Part shown: positions 41,504-55,107 of the stretch, piece by piece | Position numbering within the stretch: position 1 is the first letter of the stretch | How the letters are laid out: the number at the start of each line of letters is the position of its first letter | NCBI GenBank assembly: GCA_030141605.1 | Contig: JAQGDQ010000274.1 | Location: forward strand, 186,001 to 250,000 | Length of the DNA: 64,000 nt | Source of the DNA: Tubiluchus corallicola | Taxonomy: Eukaryota > Animalia > Priapulida | Direction of reading: 5' to 3' | The notes under the pieces: generated by a model | What the model was told of the DNA's origin: nothing | The model's database searches: none | Seen by the model: the letters and a program-made list of their open reading frames with translations, nothing else | Translations under genes and position numbers: made by a program

Positions 41504-41880
41504 GCCTTTTCACAGCTTCGTTGTGCGCACGCGCAGTTGCTGTGGTTCAAAGATTAAGTGTAGCACATCAACGCGTCTTAGCTACAACCGTCACGTGATA
41601 TTTGTGTAAACCAAAGCGGTCTGCCACATCAGGTCAGCAACTTCATTTGTTTTACATGGACATTACTTAATTATGCTTTAGTCTTTGCGTAGAATGATTT
41701 ACTAGCATGATCTTGCTTGAGAACAAGGAAAAATGAACTAGGTAAGGTTCTAGCTGGCTATTACTATTACAATAGCATGGGCTGCGAGGCATTGTCAAGT
41801 GTACACAAATGCGTTGCCTGGTACACTTAACTTTTGACCTTTTCACGATCACCATCAATCGCTGGCATCTGTGAAAACAC
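41504..41880 (+). mobile_element. MITE family C copy
   Basis: GCCTTTTCACAG ... CTGTGAAAACAC|TTA; collinear with 994-1350. Confidence 0.75.
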
Positions 41881-41972
41881 TTATTAGCTTATGCATGGTC
41901 AGTTTACTGTTGGTGTGTCTAATTAAATACAAAACATACATTGTTGCTAGCTATTATAAATATATTATATTT

Positions 41973-42620
41973 TACTATACTATACTATACTATACTATAC
42001 TATACTATACTATACTATACTATACTATACTATACTATACTATACTATACTATACTATACTATACTATACTATACTATACTATACTATACTATACTATAC
42101 TATACTATACTATACTATACTATACTATACTATACTATACTATACTATACTATACTATACTATACTATACTATACTATACTATACTATACTATACCATAC
42201 TATATTATACCATACTATACATTACCATACCATACCATACCATACCATACCATACCATACCATACCATACCATACCATGCCATGCCATGCCATGCCACGC
42301 CATGCCACGCCACGCCACGCCACGCCACGCCACGTCACGCCACACCATACACCACACCACACCACACCACACCACACCACACCACACCACACCACACCAC
42401 ACCACACCACACCACACCACACCACACCACACCACACCACACCACACCATACCATACCATACCATACCATACCGTACCGTACCGTACCATACCATACCAT
42501 ACCATACTATACTATACTATACTATACTATACTATACTATACTATACTATACTATACTATACTATACTATACTATACTTTTACTATTACTATTACCATAC
42601 TATATATTATACTATTCTTT

Positions 42621-42665
<45 letters not shown>
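41973..42665. repeat. Compound pentamer satellite TATAC-CATAC-CATGC-CACGC-CACAC-CATAC-CGTAC-CATAC-TATAC, then (TA)n
   Basis: Direct reading. Confidence 0.95.
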
Positions 42666-42667
<2 letters not shown>

Positions 42668-43265
42668 GTAGGTAAATAGCGTTGTTGTTTTTTCTGTTTC
42701 TGTAATTAACTACCTCAAAGTGTACAATTAAAGTACGAGAAAAGATTATATACATATATACTTAAAGTTGTACACTTTGAGTTAGTTTATATATGTGTGT
42801 GTGTGCGCGTGCGTGCGTGCGTGTATGTTATTTATCTCTGAACCCCTGAGTAAGTAGTTACCCTATGTTTTTATTTGGCTAAAACATTCGATTATCTTGT
42901 GTACTGGATGCGATTAAGCGATGCGTTCTGAACGAAGATCTATGTGCGGCGGTTTTCTTCGATTTTTGTTTTTTATTCAGCGGGTTCATTAAAAAGATAA
43001 ATCTATATAATATCGTGGACACACTACTAACTGTTATCGATCAACTTCTGCTTATTATCCCACATCAAAGAAGACATCGATATCACTGAAACCCCTTAGA
43101 CGCTGTTTGTTGTTAATTAATCCTAACAGTTCACATACGATCGTTTGCCTAATTTGACTCATTTTTCCGTTAAGCTAAAGTTAATGGTTAAATTGAATGA
43201 CTCGACAAACTGAAACTCTTAATTTACTCCTCAGTAAAATGTCATTAAATGGATATAATTTCTTT

Positions 43266-43875
43266 AGAAAACCGGACTCAATCTTAAACTGTAAAAACAA
43301 TCCACTCTTTAAAATATTGAAAGGAAACGTACTATTTTTTTCAAAAATGACTTACGTGAAAGAATTATTACCACGCAAACACAATTTCACGTTCGCGCCA
43401 CTAGTTCTTCGTTGTTACATGCATTTCGCCATTTGCTAGTTAGACGGGCACTAGCGCCTGCATTTTGGAAACGCATTGCACAAAAAACAGGTGCTGTACC
43501 TCTCAGTTCAGATGTGTTAGTTTGTGACGAACTACACACGTTCGACAGCTCATGCATGAGCACAGCGGTAAATTTGAAATTTGAATTTTTATCTTAAAAC
43601 TTGCCTAGTTTTAGTACAACACACTGAATATCTTATGGTAGCACTGTACTTCAATTTTCACTTTCACAAACACGTGCAACACGCTCGCCGAATATTTTTG
43701 CTGCTGAAAATTCTGTTAGTTTGTGATGTCATCGGTAGTTGGGCTCACCCGCCGTTAATTAATTTTTTAATCTATTATTTAATTATCATAAACGCTTTTA
43801 TAGTATTATTGGTGTTAAAATGTAAACTTTTTACCGTACTTAAAAATGGGGTAGTATCTGAAAAATCACCCTATT
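43266..43875 (+). mobile_element. MITE family A copy
   Basis: Matches 9321-9917 along its length; termini degraded. Confidence 0.8.
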
Positions 43876-44152
43876 GTAAACGGCTTATTTAATTTTGACC
43901 ATTTTTGTCCATCCGAAACCGCTCAAGCTGTGCTACTAACGCGCTGTAATTGAGAAACTTAATTACTAATCAACTTGCCCAGTACGTTACTGGGAATTGG
44001 AAATCCAATTCGTTACTTTTCATTTCGTTTTCGTCAAACCACCATTTTGGGCAACACACATTACACAGCAGGTGGTCACGTGACTGGTATACCATTTTTT
44101 GTTAGTAGAAGGCCTTTGCGTGAAGTTCGTATGTGGATAATAACGCAAATAA

Positions 44153-44518
44153 TCCTTTTCATAGTTCCAGCGATTGATGATGATCGTGAAAAGGTCAAAG
44201 GTTAAGTGTACCAGACAACACATTCACAGCAGCTCAAGCTATTGTAATAGTAACAGTTTTACCAGCTAGCTAGAACCTTACCTAGTTCATTTTTTCTTGT
44301 TCTCAACCAAGATCCTGCTAGTAAATTAGTCTACGCACAGACTAATGCATAATTAAGTAAAGTCCACGTAAAACAACCAAAGTTACTGAACTAATGCGGC
44401 AGATGGGTTGGCTTTACACGTATGTCACGTGACGGCTGTAACTAGTGATGTTGCTGTGGTACACTTAACCTTTGACCTGCAGCAACTGAGTGTGCGCACT
44501 ACGAAACTGTGAAAAGGC
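44153..44518 (-). mobile_element. MITE family C, inverted copy
   Basis: TAA|TCCTTTTCATAGTTCC ... AACTGTGAAAAGGC|TTA. Confidence 0.75.
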
Positions 44519-44685
44519 TTATTGAATCGAATGTGATGTTTCGTATAGAGACAGCTAGTCCACAGTACGTTGAGTAAATAAAGTTCATTAAAAAGAAATT
44601 TAAATTCAGGGTTTTCAATTGTTTTGCGTGTAAGACAAGTTTTATATACTTGTCAGTGAATTTATGCAGTTGCTATAGGTCTATG

Positions 44686-45018
44686 GTTAAGTGTACCACA
44701 GCAACGCGTCTTAACTAAGGCCGTCACGTGGCATATGGGTAAAGCAAAGCCGGTTGCCGCATCAGTCCAGTAACCTTGGTTGTTTTACATGAACTTTACT
44801 TACTTATGCATTAGTCTGTGCGTAGAGCGATTTACTAGCAGGATCTTGCTTGGGAACAAGTAAAAATGAAATAGATAAGGTTCTATGTAGCTGTTAAAAC
44901 TGTTACTGTTACAATAGCATGGGCTGCGAGGCGTTGTCAAGTGTTCACAAATGCGTTGTCTGGTACACTTAACCTTTGACCTTTTCACGATCATTATCAA
45001 TCGCTGGAACTGTGAAAA
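44686..45018 (+). mobile_element. MITE family C, 5'-truncated copy
   Basis: Ends GGAACTGTGAAAA; inverted relative to 44153-44518. Confidence 0.72.
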
Positions 45019-45099
45019 TGTTGATCTATTAGAATAAGAATATATTATTACATACTTTTTCAGATGATAAGCTGTCGTCAACTGTTTTTATCATTTTCT

Positions 45100-45455
45100 A
45101 TCATTAAAATATTGCAGCAACATGTCATGTAACATTTATACATACCCCATATCATTAAAATATTGCAGCAACATGTCATGTAGCATTTATACATACCCCA
45201 TATCCTTAAAATATTGCAGCAACATGTCATGTAACATTTATACATACCCCATATCATTAAAATATTGCAGCAATATGTCATGTAACAGTTATACATACAC
45301 CATATCATTAAAATATTGCAGCAACATGTCATGTAACATTTATACATACCCCATATCATTAAAATATTGCAGCAACATGTCATGTAACAGTTATACATAC
45401 CCATATCATTAAAATATTGCAATAACATGTCATGTAACACTTGTACGTACCCTAT
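45100..45455. repeat. 51-bp minisatellite, about 7 copies
   Basis: atcattaaaatattgcagcaacatgtcatgtaacatttatacataccccat. Confidence 0.92.
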
Positions 45456-45714
45456 AGCCAATACTTGTGCAAGAACATGCGTAAATGTACCTCGATTAAC
45501 ATTCATAACACGTATTTGTATTATGGCCTCAAATAAAGTGGGCAAACTCCTCGTATATTAACTAGGCGAAAAATTTATGGGTAGGACAGAAGACATTCAA
45601 ATATTTCAGTAGCTCATCATCGTGATGTGCATTCAAAATAGAGCAGTTTCTCTCAGTGTTGGCTTCATGGCTTCAGGATAACAGTGTGTAAGTGTGTATG
45701 GAGAACGGATACTA

Positions 45715-46372
45715 AACGACGATGACGACGACGACAGTGAAAGCGACAACAACATTGGCAATAACAAAATCAACAACAACGATGATGACGATGACAACAA
45801 CAACCACAGCACATCGACAGCAACAGCAGCAGCAGCAGCAACAGCAACAGCAACAGTAACAGCAACATCAACAACAGTAGCAGCAACAACAACAGCAGCA
45901 GCAGCAGCAACAGTAACAGCAACAGCAGCAGCGGCAGCAACAGCAACAACAACTTGGGAAGTAGCAGAAGGTGCAGCAGCAACAACAACAACGACGACGA
46001 TGACAGCAACAACAATAACAACAACAACAGCAGCAGCAACAACAACAACAACAACGACAACAACAGCAACAGTGGCAGCAGTGACAACAGCGACAACAAC
46101 AACAGCAACAGCAACAGTGGCAGCAGTGGCAACAGCGATAACAACAACAACAACAACAACAACGACGACATCGACGACAACAACAACTACAACGACGACA
46201 ACAACAACAGCAACAGTGGCAGCTGTGACAGCAGTGACAGCAGTGACAACAACAACAACAGCTTTTAAAAGCAACGGCAGCGCTAGTTTCTTCTCCCTCT
46301 TGCTTATAATTTGAATGAACATTCCAAGTATCGCAAGCACAAGCCACCAAGAGGCGGAAATTAACCTTGACG
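45715..46372 (-). mobile_element. Retroposon-like repeat with (GTT)n tail, copy 2
   Basis: Reverse complement of 10240-10345 at 46258-46372, preceded by a (CAA/CAG)n tract. Confidence 0.6.
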
Positions 46373-46604
46373 ATTTAATTAGCGACCATTTCACCTGCTT
46401 CGTTCGATGTCCACACAAAGTATCGACCAACTGAACAAAGCTTATATTGTCAAGCTAATGGTCTACAATGACTCGATGATTGCTCTGTCGATACTCGTTG
46501 CTACGGTTATTGGATTCATGAAAACGTGAGAATATACAAGACCTATACAATATTATATGGGTCTGTTGTTCAGCTTATAAATGCTGGCGCAAAGCCGTGT
46601 GTCG

Positions 46605-46943
46605 ACCGGGTGAGCATTCTCTGGCCAGGAAGCGAATCGAATTTGTGACTTTCGAATTCGAATCGAACCGAATTTCAGTATTTCGAATTCGAATCGAGAT
46701 TAAAAGATTTTCGGACCACCAGTAGAAATTAGTCTTACAAAGATCTCGATTTTGTTCTGCAGTGAAACCGCCAATAATTTGTTTAAAATTGACAACTGAA
46801 ATCACTGCTAAATTATGCTAATGGCATGAAGTTTCAAATGTCTAAACGATAAAGAACGTGTGTGATTGAAGTGCTGAATTATTCGAATGTACAGTTTTAG
46901 GTTCAAATCGAATTCGATTCGAACGTTCGGTGCTCACCCCTAG
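46605..46943. mobile_element. hAT-like MITE, degraded
   Basis: GGGTGAGCA ... TGCTCACCCCTA with many subterminal CGAAT/ATTCG motifs. Confidence 0.55.
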
Positions 46944-46975
46944 TTTTGACCACATTAGTACAGAGCTTCATTTAA

Positions 46976-47330
46976 AGGAAAAATCAACTCTCGAACAACA
47001 TTCATTGCACTTTAGTATGCATCTGAAAATATTAAAATTACCACATAATATAAGTGCATAAAATGCCTTGCTTAGAAATGCAAAAGAAATTTAAATCATC
47101 TGTATCTCTCGCCAAGCGAATTTCGATGTCTACGTATTTGAAAAAAAAATGACGTAAGCTGGTGGACAGCACGAAAGTACGTGTAACAAAACTTCTGCAG
47201 TTTACTCAAAAATTCCGCTATTCTAACTGACCAAATCTTTGTGTTTAACCGTGTTTATGTAAAAGTTGGTCTTCGGTTCAATTTGCGATAGCTTACAAAA
47301 GTTCTTGAATCCACAGTATTTATACAACTT
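46976..47330. mobile_element. MITE family D, partial relative
   Basis: TTAA|AGGAAAAATCAACTCTCGAAC; aaaaaaatgacgtaagctggtg is the reverse complement of 16362-16383. Confidence 0.6.
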
Positions 47331-47959
47331 AAAGTAGGGTATATTGGGGTAATGTCGGCCAGCCAGTTTCTATGAACTCTTAACATGTCACGTGACCTAT
47401 TTTGGGTTTTTATAGCGTGCTGAGCCAATCAGCAGAGCCAGCATTGTTCCGCTAGACGCGTTTCCCTTGTTCTAGTTGTCTATCACCCGCATCAGCAACA
47501 AATTACGAGAAAAATTAGATTAGTGACTACAATATTTCATAGTTGTCTTCATTAGTGTTTTACAATATTTTAGTAACTACTATAATGAATAGTCACCTAT
47601 ACCGAGGATGTTAAAGTCTATTTCACACAATGAATTGAATGGTTTTTATTGAATTCTAATAGACGTACTGCACTATATCATACAGTATAACAGTGTACTG
47701 GTGTGTTTCATTCAAGAAAACTAAATGTGGCCGACATATATACAGTAATACACAAACTTTCAAACGTTAAAATAGGCTCAAATTCCCGAGAGACTTGGCT
47801 TTTGGTTTACCTAAATGAGGCGCAGTTTAGGGGCTCGCCGGGAAAAGAGGCTACTGCGATTACCTTTTATTTGGTACTACTGTAAGTCATTTTATCTTTA
47901 GACGTTATTTTTCGTTCGTTATTGTTTAACTCTGTTTAACTTTTGGACAACAAAGGTTT

Positions 47960-48195
47960 GGGACAATAAAAGAGACGTTTTTCAAAGATGTCTCTGTAGA
48001 AAATTATTAAGAATTAGATGACCTGAGAGAATGTCCAATGATGAACTGTGTGATGTGGTCAAGAAGAATCCTTAGAGAAAACAAGTACAAGAAAAAATTT
48101 GCATTGGATTGAGCATACACTAGGATTACCTCAAAAGTCACCTCTTTCTGTGAAGATGGTGATGATGATGATGATGATGATGCAGGTGATGATGT
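47960..48195 (+). mobile_element. RTE-like LINE fragment, different subfamily
   Basis: DVFQRCLCRKLLRIR*PERMSNDEL...LHWIEHTLGLP followed by (GAT)n. Confidence 0.55.
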
Positions 48196-48307
48196 ATAAC
48201 TTTGCGAAATTACATTACAGACTTACTGATACAAGAAGATACACTATCTCATGATTAAGTGGCAAGAATAAGAAACACATATAGTACAGGAAGATAAAGA
48301 TTATTAG

Positions 48308-48840
<533 letters not shown>

Positions 48841-50147
48841 TATATCATCATATTCATGATCATCACTATTATTATTAAGAATGTTACTTGCAGTCGTGTT
48901 GTAAAATAGATATTTGTTCAGAAGAGGAAAACATCACGAATGTTTAAAGCAAACACCTGGTAGTAGTAAACATTGTTCAGCAGCGCTTGTTCAATTGAAC
49001 AAATAAAGTTTAGTTTACTTGGATTTATCGGTTTGCTGGCCTGCCAGCATATATCATTACTAAATTATTAAAGATCCGTTCTGTCTACCTATCTAACTCG
49101 CTGTCTGTTTGATCACTGATTGGCTTTGTACAGTATTATTTTCATTAAATGAAAACCAGACGATTTGTTTGACTCAGTCGCGTTTTCATTTCCAAAATAT
49201 ACATTTTCTTTCATTTAAAAGTTACCTATTTTTTTATTGTTTCAATCATTACCTTGGAAAGTTAATTAACGGTAACAGAACACAGCTACCCCTTACGTCA
49301 CAAACTAACTACAGTTTATGTAATGGCAGGATTCTTCCCTGCGCGTCAAGCATGTTTCCGTAAGTGAAGATTGCTATAACACGCTGAAATGGTGTCACGA
49401 AAATGAACACTACGTTAAACTGACGTTACACACTATCAAGGTACGGCACCTATTTGTTGGCCAGACGAATGTGACAAAAAGGCGTCATTGTCACTCTTAG
49501 TGGGCCGCGCGGTGGCTTAAAAGTTTAACAAAATTTAACTATACGAGGTAATTATTATTTAATCTAAGTTTTGATTTAAAAAAAACTATTGTAGTTCTCA
49601 ATATTTCAGAGCATACATTATTTTGAACTAATTTCTACACAATCGTCTAGTTTTCCTTTAAATAGCGGCTGTCACATTTGCAAATTCCAAAGGTTTTGGA
49701 ATTTCCTGCTATAAAATATTGAAACATCGATGATGACCGTCGTTTCATTCAACTCTTTTCCTTTTCTTTACAACCAGAGATGTCGACCACACCCCTTCTC
49801 TACGACCACACCCCTACGACCACACCCCTGCGCCCCCTTTCAACGCTGTTCACGGCGGTTCTATTAACAATGAATACTGTCATCGTAATGAGTTATTAAT
49901 GACTGATTGTCGCAAACCAAATGATTGAGCATTATAAATTTACAATGTCCAGCATAAGCAATTAGGCTTTGGCGTTTCCTAGCCAGGGTAGTCACGAACT
50001 CATTGCCATCTGTTACGCTGGTCAGTATTCATAGGTATGTCCACTACAATTCGATTGGTTAGAGTTGTAGGCTGAAAAAGTAATAATTTATTTAAACATG
50101 GAATCACTTGAGATGTTCTTCCTCTCTTAGAGTGATTCACGAATCCA

Positions 50148-50826
50148 AGTAAAAAAGTCACAGGTAAAAAATAACAGGTAAAAAGTCACAGAAAAAAGTA
50201 ACACGGAAAAAGTCATAGGTAAAAAGACACAGGAAAAAATAAGTAACCTAACACTAACCCTAATCGTTTTCCTAATCCTAACCCTAACCTTAACCATTAA
50301 TCCTAATCCTAACTCTAACCACTAATCGTAATCCTAATCCTAACCCTAATCCTAATGCTAATCCTAACCCTAACCACTAATCTTAATCCTAACCCTAACC
50401 ATAACCCTAATCCTAACCCTAACCGTAACCATTAATCGTAATCCTAATCCTAACCCTAATCCTAACGCTAACCCTAACCCTAACCACTAATCCTAATCCT
50501 AACCATTACCTTAACCATAACCCTAATCCTAAGTCTACCCCCAACCCCAACCCTAAACACTAATCTTAATCCTAACCCTAACCACTAATCGTAATCCTAA
50601 TCCTAACCCTAATCATAATCCAAATCCTAACACTATACCTAACCCTAACCACCAATCTTAATCCTAACCCTAATCCTAACGCTAACCCCAACTCTAACCA
50701 CTAATCCTAATCCTAACCCTAACCACTAATGTTAATCCTAATCCTAACACTAACCACTAATCCTAATCCTAATCTTAACCCTAAACCCAGCCAAAGTTTT
50801 GACTTTTTATTCGTGAATTTTTTCCA
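50148..50826 (-). mobile_element. Second HINE-like element with an expanded telomere-like tract
   Basis: aaaagtcacaggtaa repeats, about 540 bp of degenerate (CCTAAC/CCTAAT)n, then tgacttttt; same layout as 31828-32421. Confidence 0.55.
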
Positions 50827-50984
50827 TAATAATGGACTAAAAGGCGAAGACAGAATTCATTTACCGTTGTTCATTTAACAGACAACATTAGTAGTAAAAA
50901 TGAATGACTCTTTAGTGACTTGCACTTACATTAATACAGGTAAGGACGCAACACACAAATAACAAATAACATGTAGAGTATATG

Positions 50985-51061
50985 CCCTGGCGTTTGCAGC
51001 CGCTAGTATCGAACTCAAGATTGCGTGGTTGCACTCCGTGATCTATACCACTCGGCCACCC
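50985..51061 (-). mobile_element. tRNA-derived SINE head
   Basis: Minus strand GGTGGCCGAGTGG (A box) ... GAGTTCGATAC (B box); no complete cloverleaf. Confidence 0.55.
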
Positions 51062-52184
51062 AGTCCAGGACAAATTTCCTCCTTTGTCTAAACGAACTGA
51101 GAAGCTTCCTCTGAATAGAGAGCTTATAGTTTTACCTGAAACTCGACATAATCGACTACTTGACCCACTTTGAGGGAAGCAGATTGTTGTCACCTCTCTC
51201 AATTTGACTTCTGGTGGCCATGACCGTTGCGTTTTAAGATCAGTGCCAATTAGTGTTGCCAAAGTTAGTAGATTTTTTACTAAAAATGTGGGGAACGAAG
51301 ACTGGCGGGCTAATCCCTGAAATCTTTTTCACGTGTGTCGCCATCTATGTATCGGAATATGAGGCGTTGACAGCCGGCAAACTTGCTTTCGTGGCCAAAA
51401 TTAGGCCCATGTTTACAACTCGCAGCTTATGTGAATAATAATAATGTTTACAGGTTATTTATAATTCTTCTCTTAACGTATTGCTTTTTCCAAAAAGATA
51501 CTTTGTAAAAAAACTTCTTTCATTGGGCACCAGCAAAGTATTTTTACGTGTTTCAATAACTTCTAGCTATCAAAAAAGAGATTTATTAGATTTAGATTTA
51601 TTTATTCATCTATTTAGCACTTTCAAAAATAAATGTTATAAAATTACAAATTAACAAAGCATTGCAGTGCTATGAGCACAACAGAAGAAATTAACTTATG
51701 AGCTACGCTCAACATGGATAAGCCTAAACTAATTATATTAACAACAACTAAAAAATATGTTAAATGAAGCGAAGAAAACAGATGCGAGAAAATGATAATG
51801 ACGATGTTAATGATGTTAATGATAATGATGACAACGATGGTGATATTAATGCTGATGGTGATGCAATGATAATGAATTGATGCTAATGGTGATAACGTTA
51901 GACATCTTAGACAAAGAGAAAAACGATATTAAAGTGTGCATTTATAGAGGTCTGCACTCTTTACTAGGTGTTTTTTTCAAAAACTTCCCTCTTTTATACT
52001 TTATTCCAGAGAACAGCTCCTGGTGTAGGTATGTTGTTCATGTTACCGGATTGTAGAATACGGAATGGTGTAAAAAACGTGTTGTTTATTAACGCAGACG
52101 ATCGTTTTGACAACAATTTTTAACTACTTTGTTTTGTGGTTTTCTAACTATAAATGTTTTTAAGTGCCTGTAATAAAAATTAAA

Positions 52185-53702
52185 TTTAAAAGTGTTTGTA
52201 GCAAGGCAGTTTACGCTGTGCTTCTGACGTTTTAACCCTAAGATTAGCATTGTCATTATTGTATAATGGTGTTCCAGAATATTGTAATCTTGTTTTTTCA
52301 TAGTCTGTTTTTGATTTTGTTAATAAGTACCTCCTTCCGATTGACTAGTGTTATGTTGTGTAATTTTCCTATTAAACCTTTGTTTCAAGGATGGCATACA
52401 GGATTTTTAAAGCAAAAGTGATACTGTCACGTGACAGAGTTATTATTGTGAGTTTTTTTAACGCCAGCCATTAATTAGTGTAGTTTATTTGTGGAGACGA
52501 CCGTTTCGACAACTACTGGCATTTTCAATGCTGTAAATCAAGCCAAAACTAGCTAGTTAGTACAAATACCGTGAATTACTGAGTCTCTTTCTTGTTTGGA
52601 GAGTTTTTATGTTTCTCACATTGTCTTCCCTCTTGTGGTTGTGGAAAATTGTGTAAAAACGTGTATTATTCTTCCCACACTTATTACAATGCTTTCTTAT
52701 CCCAATATGTAGACTTTGCTTGTTGTCAAATTAATCGTTTGCTGTCTGTCGTGAACTTTTCCCGAATTTGATATGTAAGGTACAATTTTTCTGTGTTTTT
52801 ACAGTTTTCTTTGCACAAGAACTTCTCTCTAAGTTATTTTAACTGCATTCCGACTGTTTGAAAAAGCAAGATTACAATATTCTGGAACACTATTGTACAA
52901 TAATGACCATGCTAATCTTAGGTTTAAATCATCAGAAGCACAGTTTAAAACTGCCTCGCTACAAAGACTTTTAAATTAGTCAAAATTATTTTTAAAATAA
53001 ATCAAGAAAAGACAAATGATTAGTACAATTATAACGTTACTAATCAAGGCATAAAATAAATTATATCATTATTATACAATCACAAGAGAGAAATTCAAAT
53101 AGTCAGGATAAAATTAAAAATAACTTAGAAAGAGGAGGTTCTCGTGTGAAGAAAACTGTAAAAAAATCGTAAAAACTGTATCTTATATATCAGATTCAGG
53201 CCACGATCACAACAAGCAGCAAACAAGCAAAGTCTACGTACTGGGAAAACAAACCATTATAAAAAGTGTTGGAAGAATAATACACGTTTTTACACAATTT
53301 TCCACAACCACAAGAGGGAAGACAATGTGAGAAACCTAAAAACTCTCCAAACAAGAAAGAGACTCAGTAATTCACAGTAATTGTACTAACTAGTTAGTTT
53401 GGGCTTGATTTACAGCATTGAAAATGACAGTAGTTGTCGAAACGGTCGTCTCCACAAATAAACTACACTAATTAATGGCTGGCGTTAAAAAACTCACAAT
53501 AATATCTCTGTCACGTGACAGTATCACGTTTGCCGTAAAAATCCTGCATGACATCCTTGAAACAAAGGATTAATAGGAAAATTACACAACATAACAAGGG
53601 ACAGTTGGAAGGAGGTCAACTTTTATTATAACAAAACCAAGAACAGACTTTGAAAAAACAAGATTACAATATTCTCGAACACTATTGTACATTAATGACA
53701 AT
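52185..53702. mobile_element. Large Penelope-like inverted and partial-tandem repeat
   Basis: About 600-bp arms (52249-52845, 53112-53702) plus a third partial copy at 52857-52978; degenerate core TTGAAAA t gacag tag ttgtc GAAAC ggtc GTC at 53418-53450. Confidence 0.6.
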
Positions 53703-54820
53703 TCTATTCTATTCTATTTGTACTGTATTCCATTCTATTTCATTCTACTCTATTCTATCCTATCCTGTCTTATCCTACCCTACCCTATTCTATCCTATCT
53801 GTTATGAACAGTTTACTATAGATGATTGTTTAGCTAGTATTATGAATAGGTACTGTAAGTACTGCGGGATGGGAAAGCCACACACCTGTTCTTCAACAAG
53901 TGTATAAGTTTGAAACCAGGTTGCCGTCCTAGTTTTATTTGGACGGCTTCAGTCGGCACTTTTTTTAGCTATGAAGTAAAGACGCTTTCTCTGTACGTGT
54001 TACCTGCTGACTATGTAATTTGCTGCAATTTGGCATTTAGCATTTTTATAACTGTTATTAAAGTTAAAGGACAGTAACGTTTTCGAGCAGTCCAGATATG
54101 TTGTGATACATTTGTGTGACGTCACCAATGATCATGTGGTATGCCAAGGTATTAATGGACAGTGAACCATCTCAGTGTGGACAGGTTTTTTTGGGTGCAG
54201 CTCCCGGGGAAAGGTAATTAGTAAGTACCTTGTGTATTAGAATATTGATTTGTTTATCTTTAGTTGGGTTTTGCCTCGTATTTATTTTTCTTCCACGTCT
54301 GGTAAATAACATTATGTCTAAGAAGTTTTGGAACAATTTGAAGGTTTGTTGTTTAAAGTATAACGTGATTTAGGTATGCTTTATTGAAAAACAGCTACGC
54401 TCTAGTGATTAAGTATAATCTTGTTGTCTGAGAGACTGCCTTTGAAAGTACTTTTAATTTTAAACCAAAAGGGAGTGCAGCACTCTGAATGATTTTGAAA
54501 ATTATCTTTTGATCATCACAAATTTGTTTATTAAATTTTGATCGTTTTTATACACTAAAATATGTATCTTGGAGTACATCTTATGTGAACGTTTAACAGC
54601 AACTCAAGACCGACACTTAAGATCCCACTCGTGATTCGAACCCACATCTTTTATCTCAAGGTACGCCCCGTAGAGGTACCTATGAGAAACTGACTCAGTT
54701 TCTAAGCTACTAACATCTGTGTACTATTACCTCGGCTAGGAGTACTAGTTTGGGAATTGTTGAAGTAAATCCGGTTTAAGTAAAGAACAGAAAACCAACA
54801 AGTAAAGCCCGGCGTCCCAA

Positions 54821-55107
54821 CTATCCTATCCTGTCCTGTCCTGTCCTGTCCTGTCCTGTCCTGTCCTGTCCTGTCCTGTCCTGTCCTGTCCTGTCATGTC
54901 ATGTCTTGTCCTGTCCTATCCCATCCGATCCCATTCTATTCCATTCTATCCGATTCTCTTCCATTCTATCCCATTCCATTCCATTCCATACCATACAATT
55001 CTATTCTATTCTATTCTATTCTATTCTATTCTATTCTATTCTATTCTATTCTATTCCATTCCATTCCATTCCATTCCATTCCATTCCATTCCATTCTATT
55101 CTATTCT
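54821..55107. repeat. Compound pentamer satellite CCTGT/TTCTA/TTCCA
   Basis: Direct reading. Confidence 0.92.

Noticed and set aside
47335-47745. Possible pogo/mariner-type MITE (ATGTCGGCCA / TGGCCGACAT)
   Set aside because: Only a 10-bp inverted match with unclear termini and TSD, too little to call
50245-50785. True telomere or chromosome fusion site
   Set aside because: Highly degenerate, in a single orientation and embedded in a dispersed element
50985-51061. Functional tRNA gene (also 1603-1675 and the GGTTCGAATC box near 54632-54641)
   Set aside because: Pol III boxes are present but no acceptor stem or full cloverleaf could be built; these fit SINE heads better
52089-53907. Two ORFs both starting MKKQDYNILEH as duplicated small genes
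   Set aside because: They are the two arms of the inverted repeat and diverge into unrelated or microsatellite sequence
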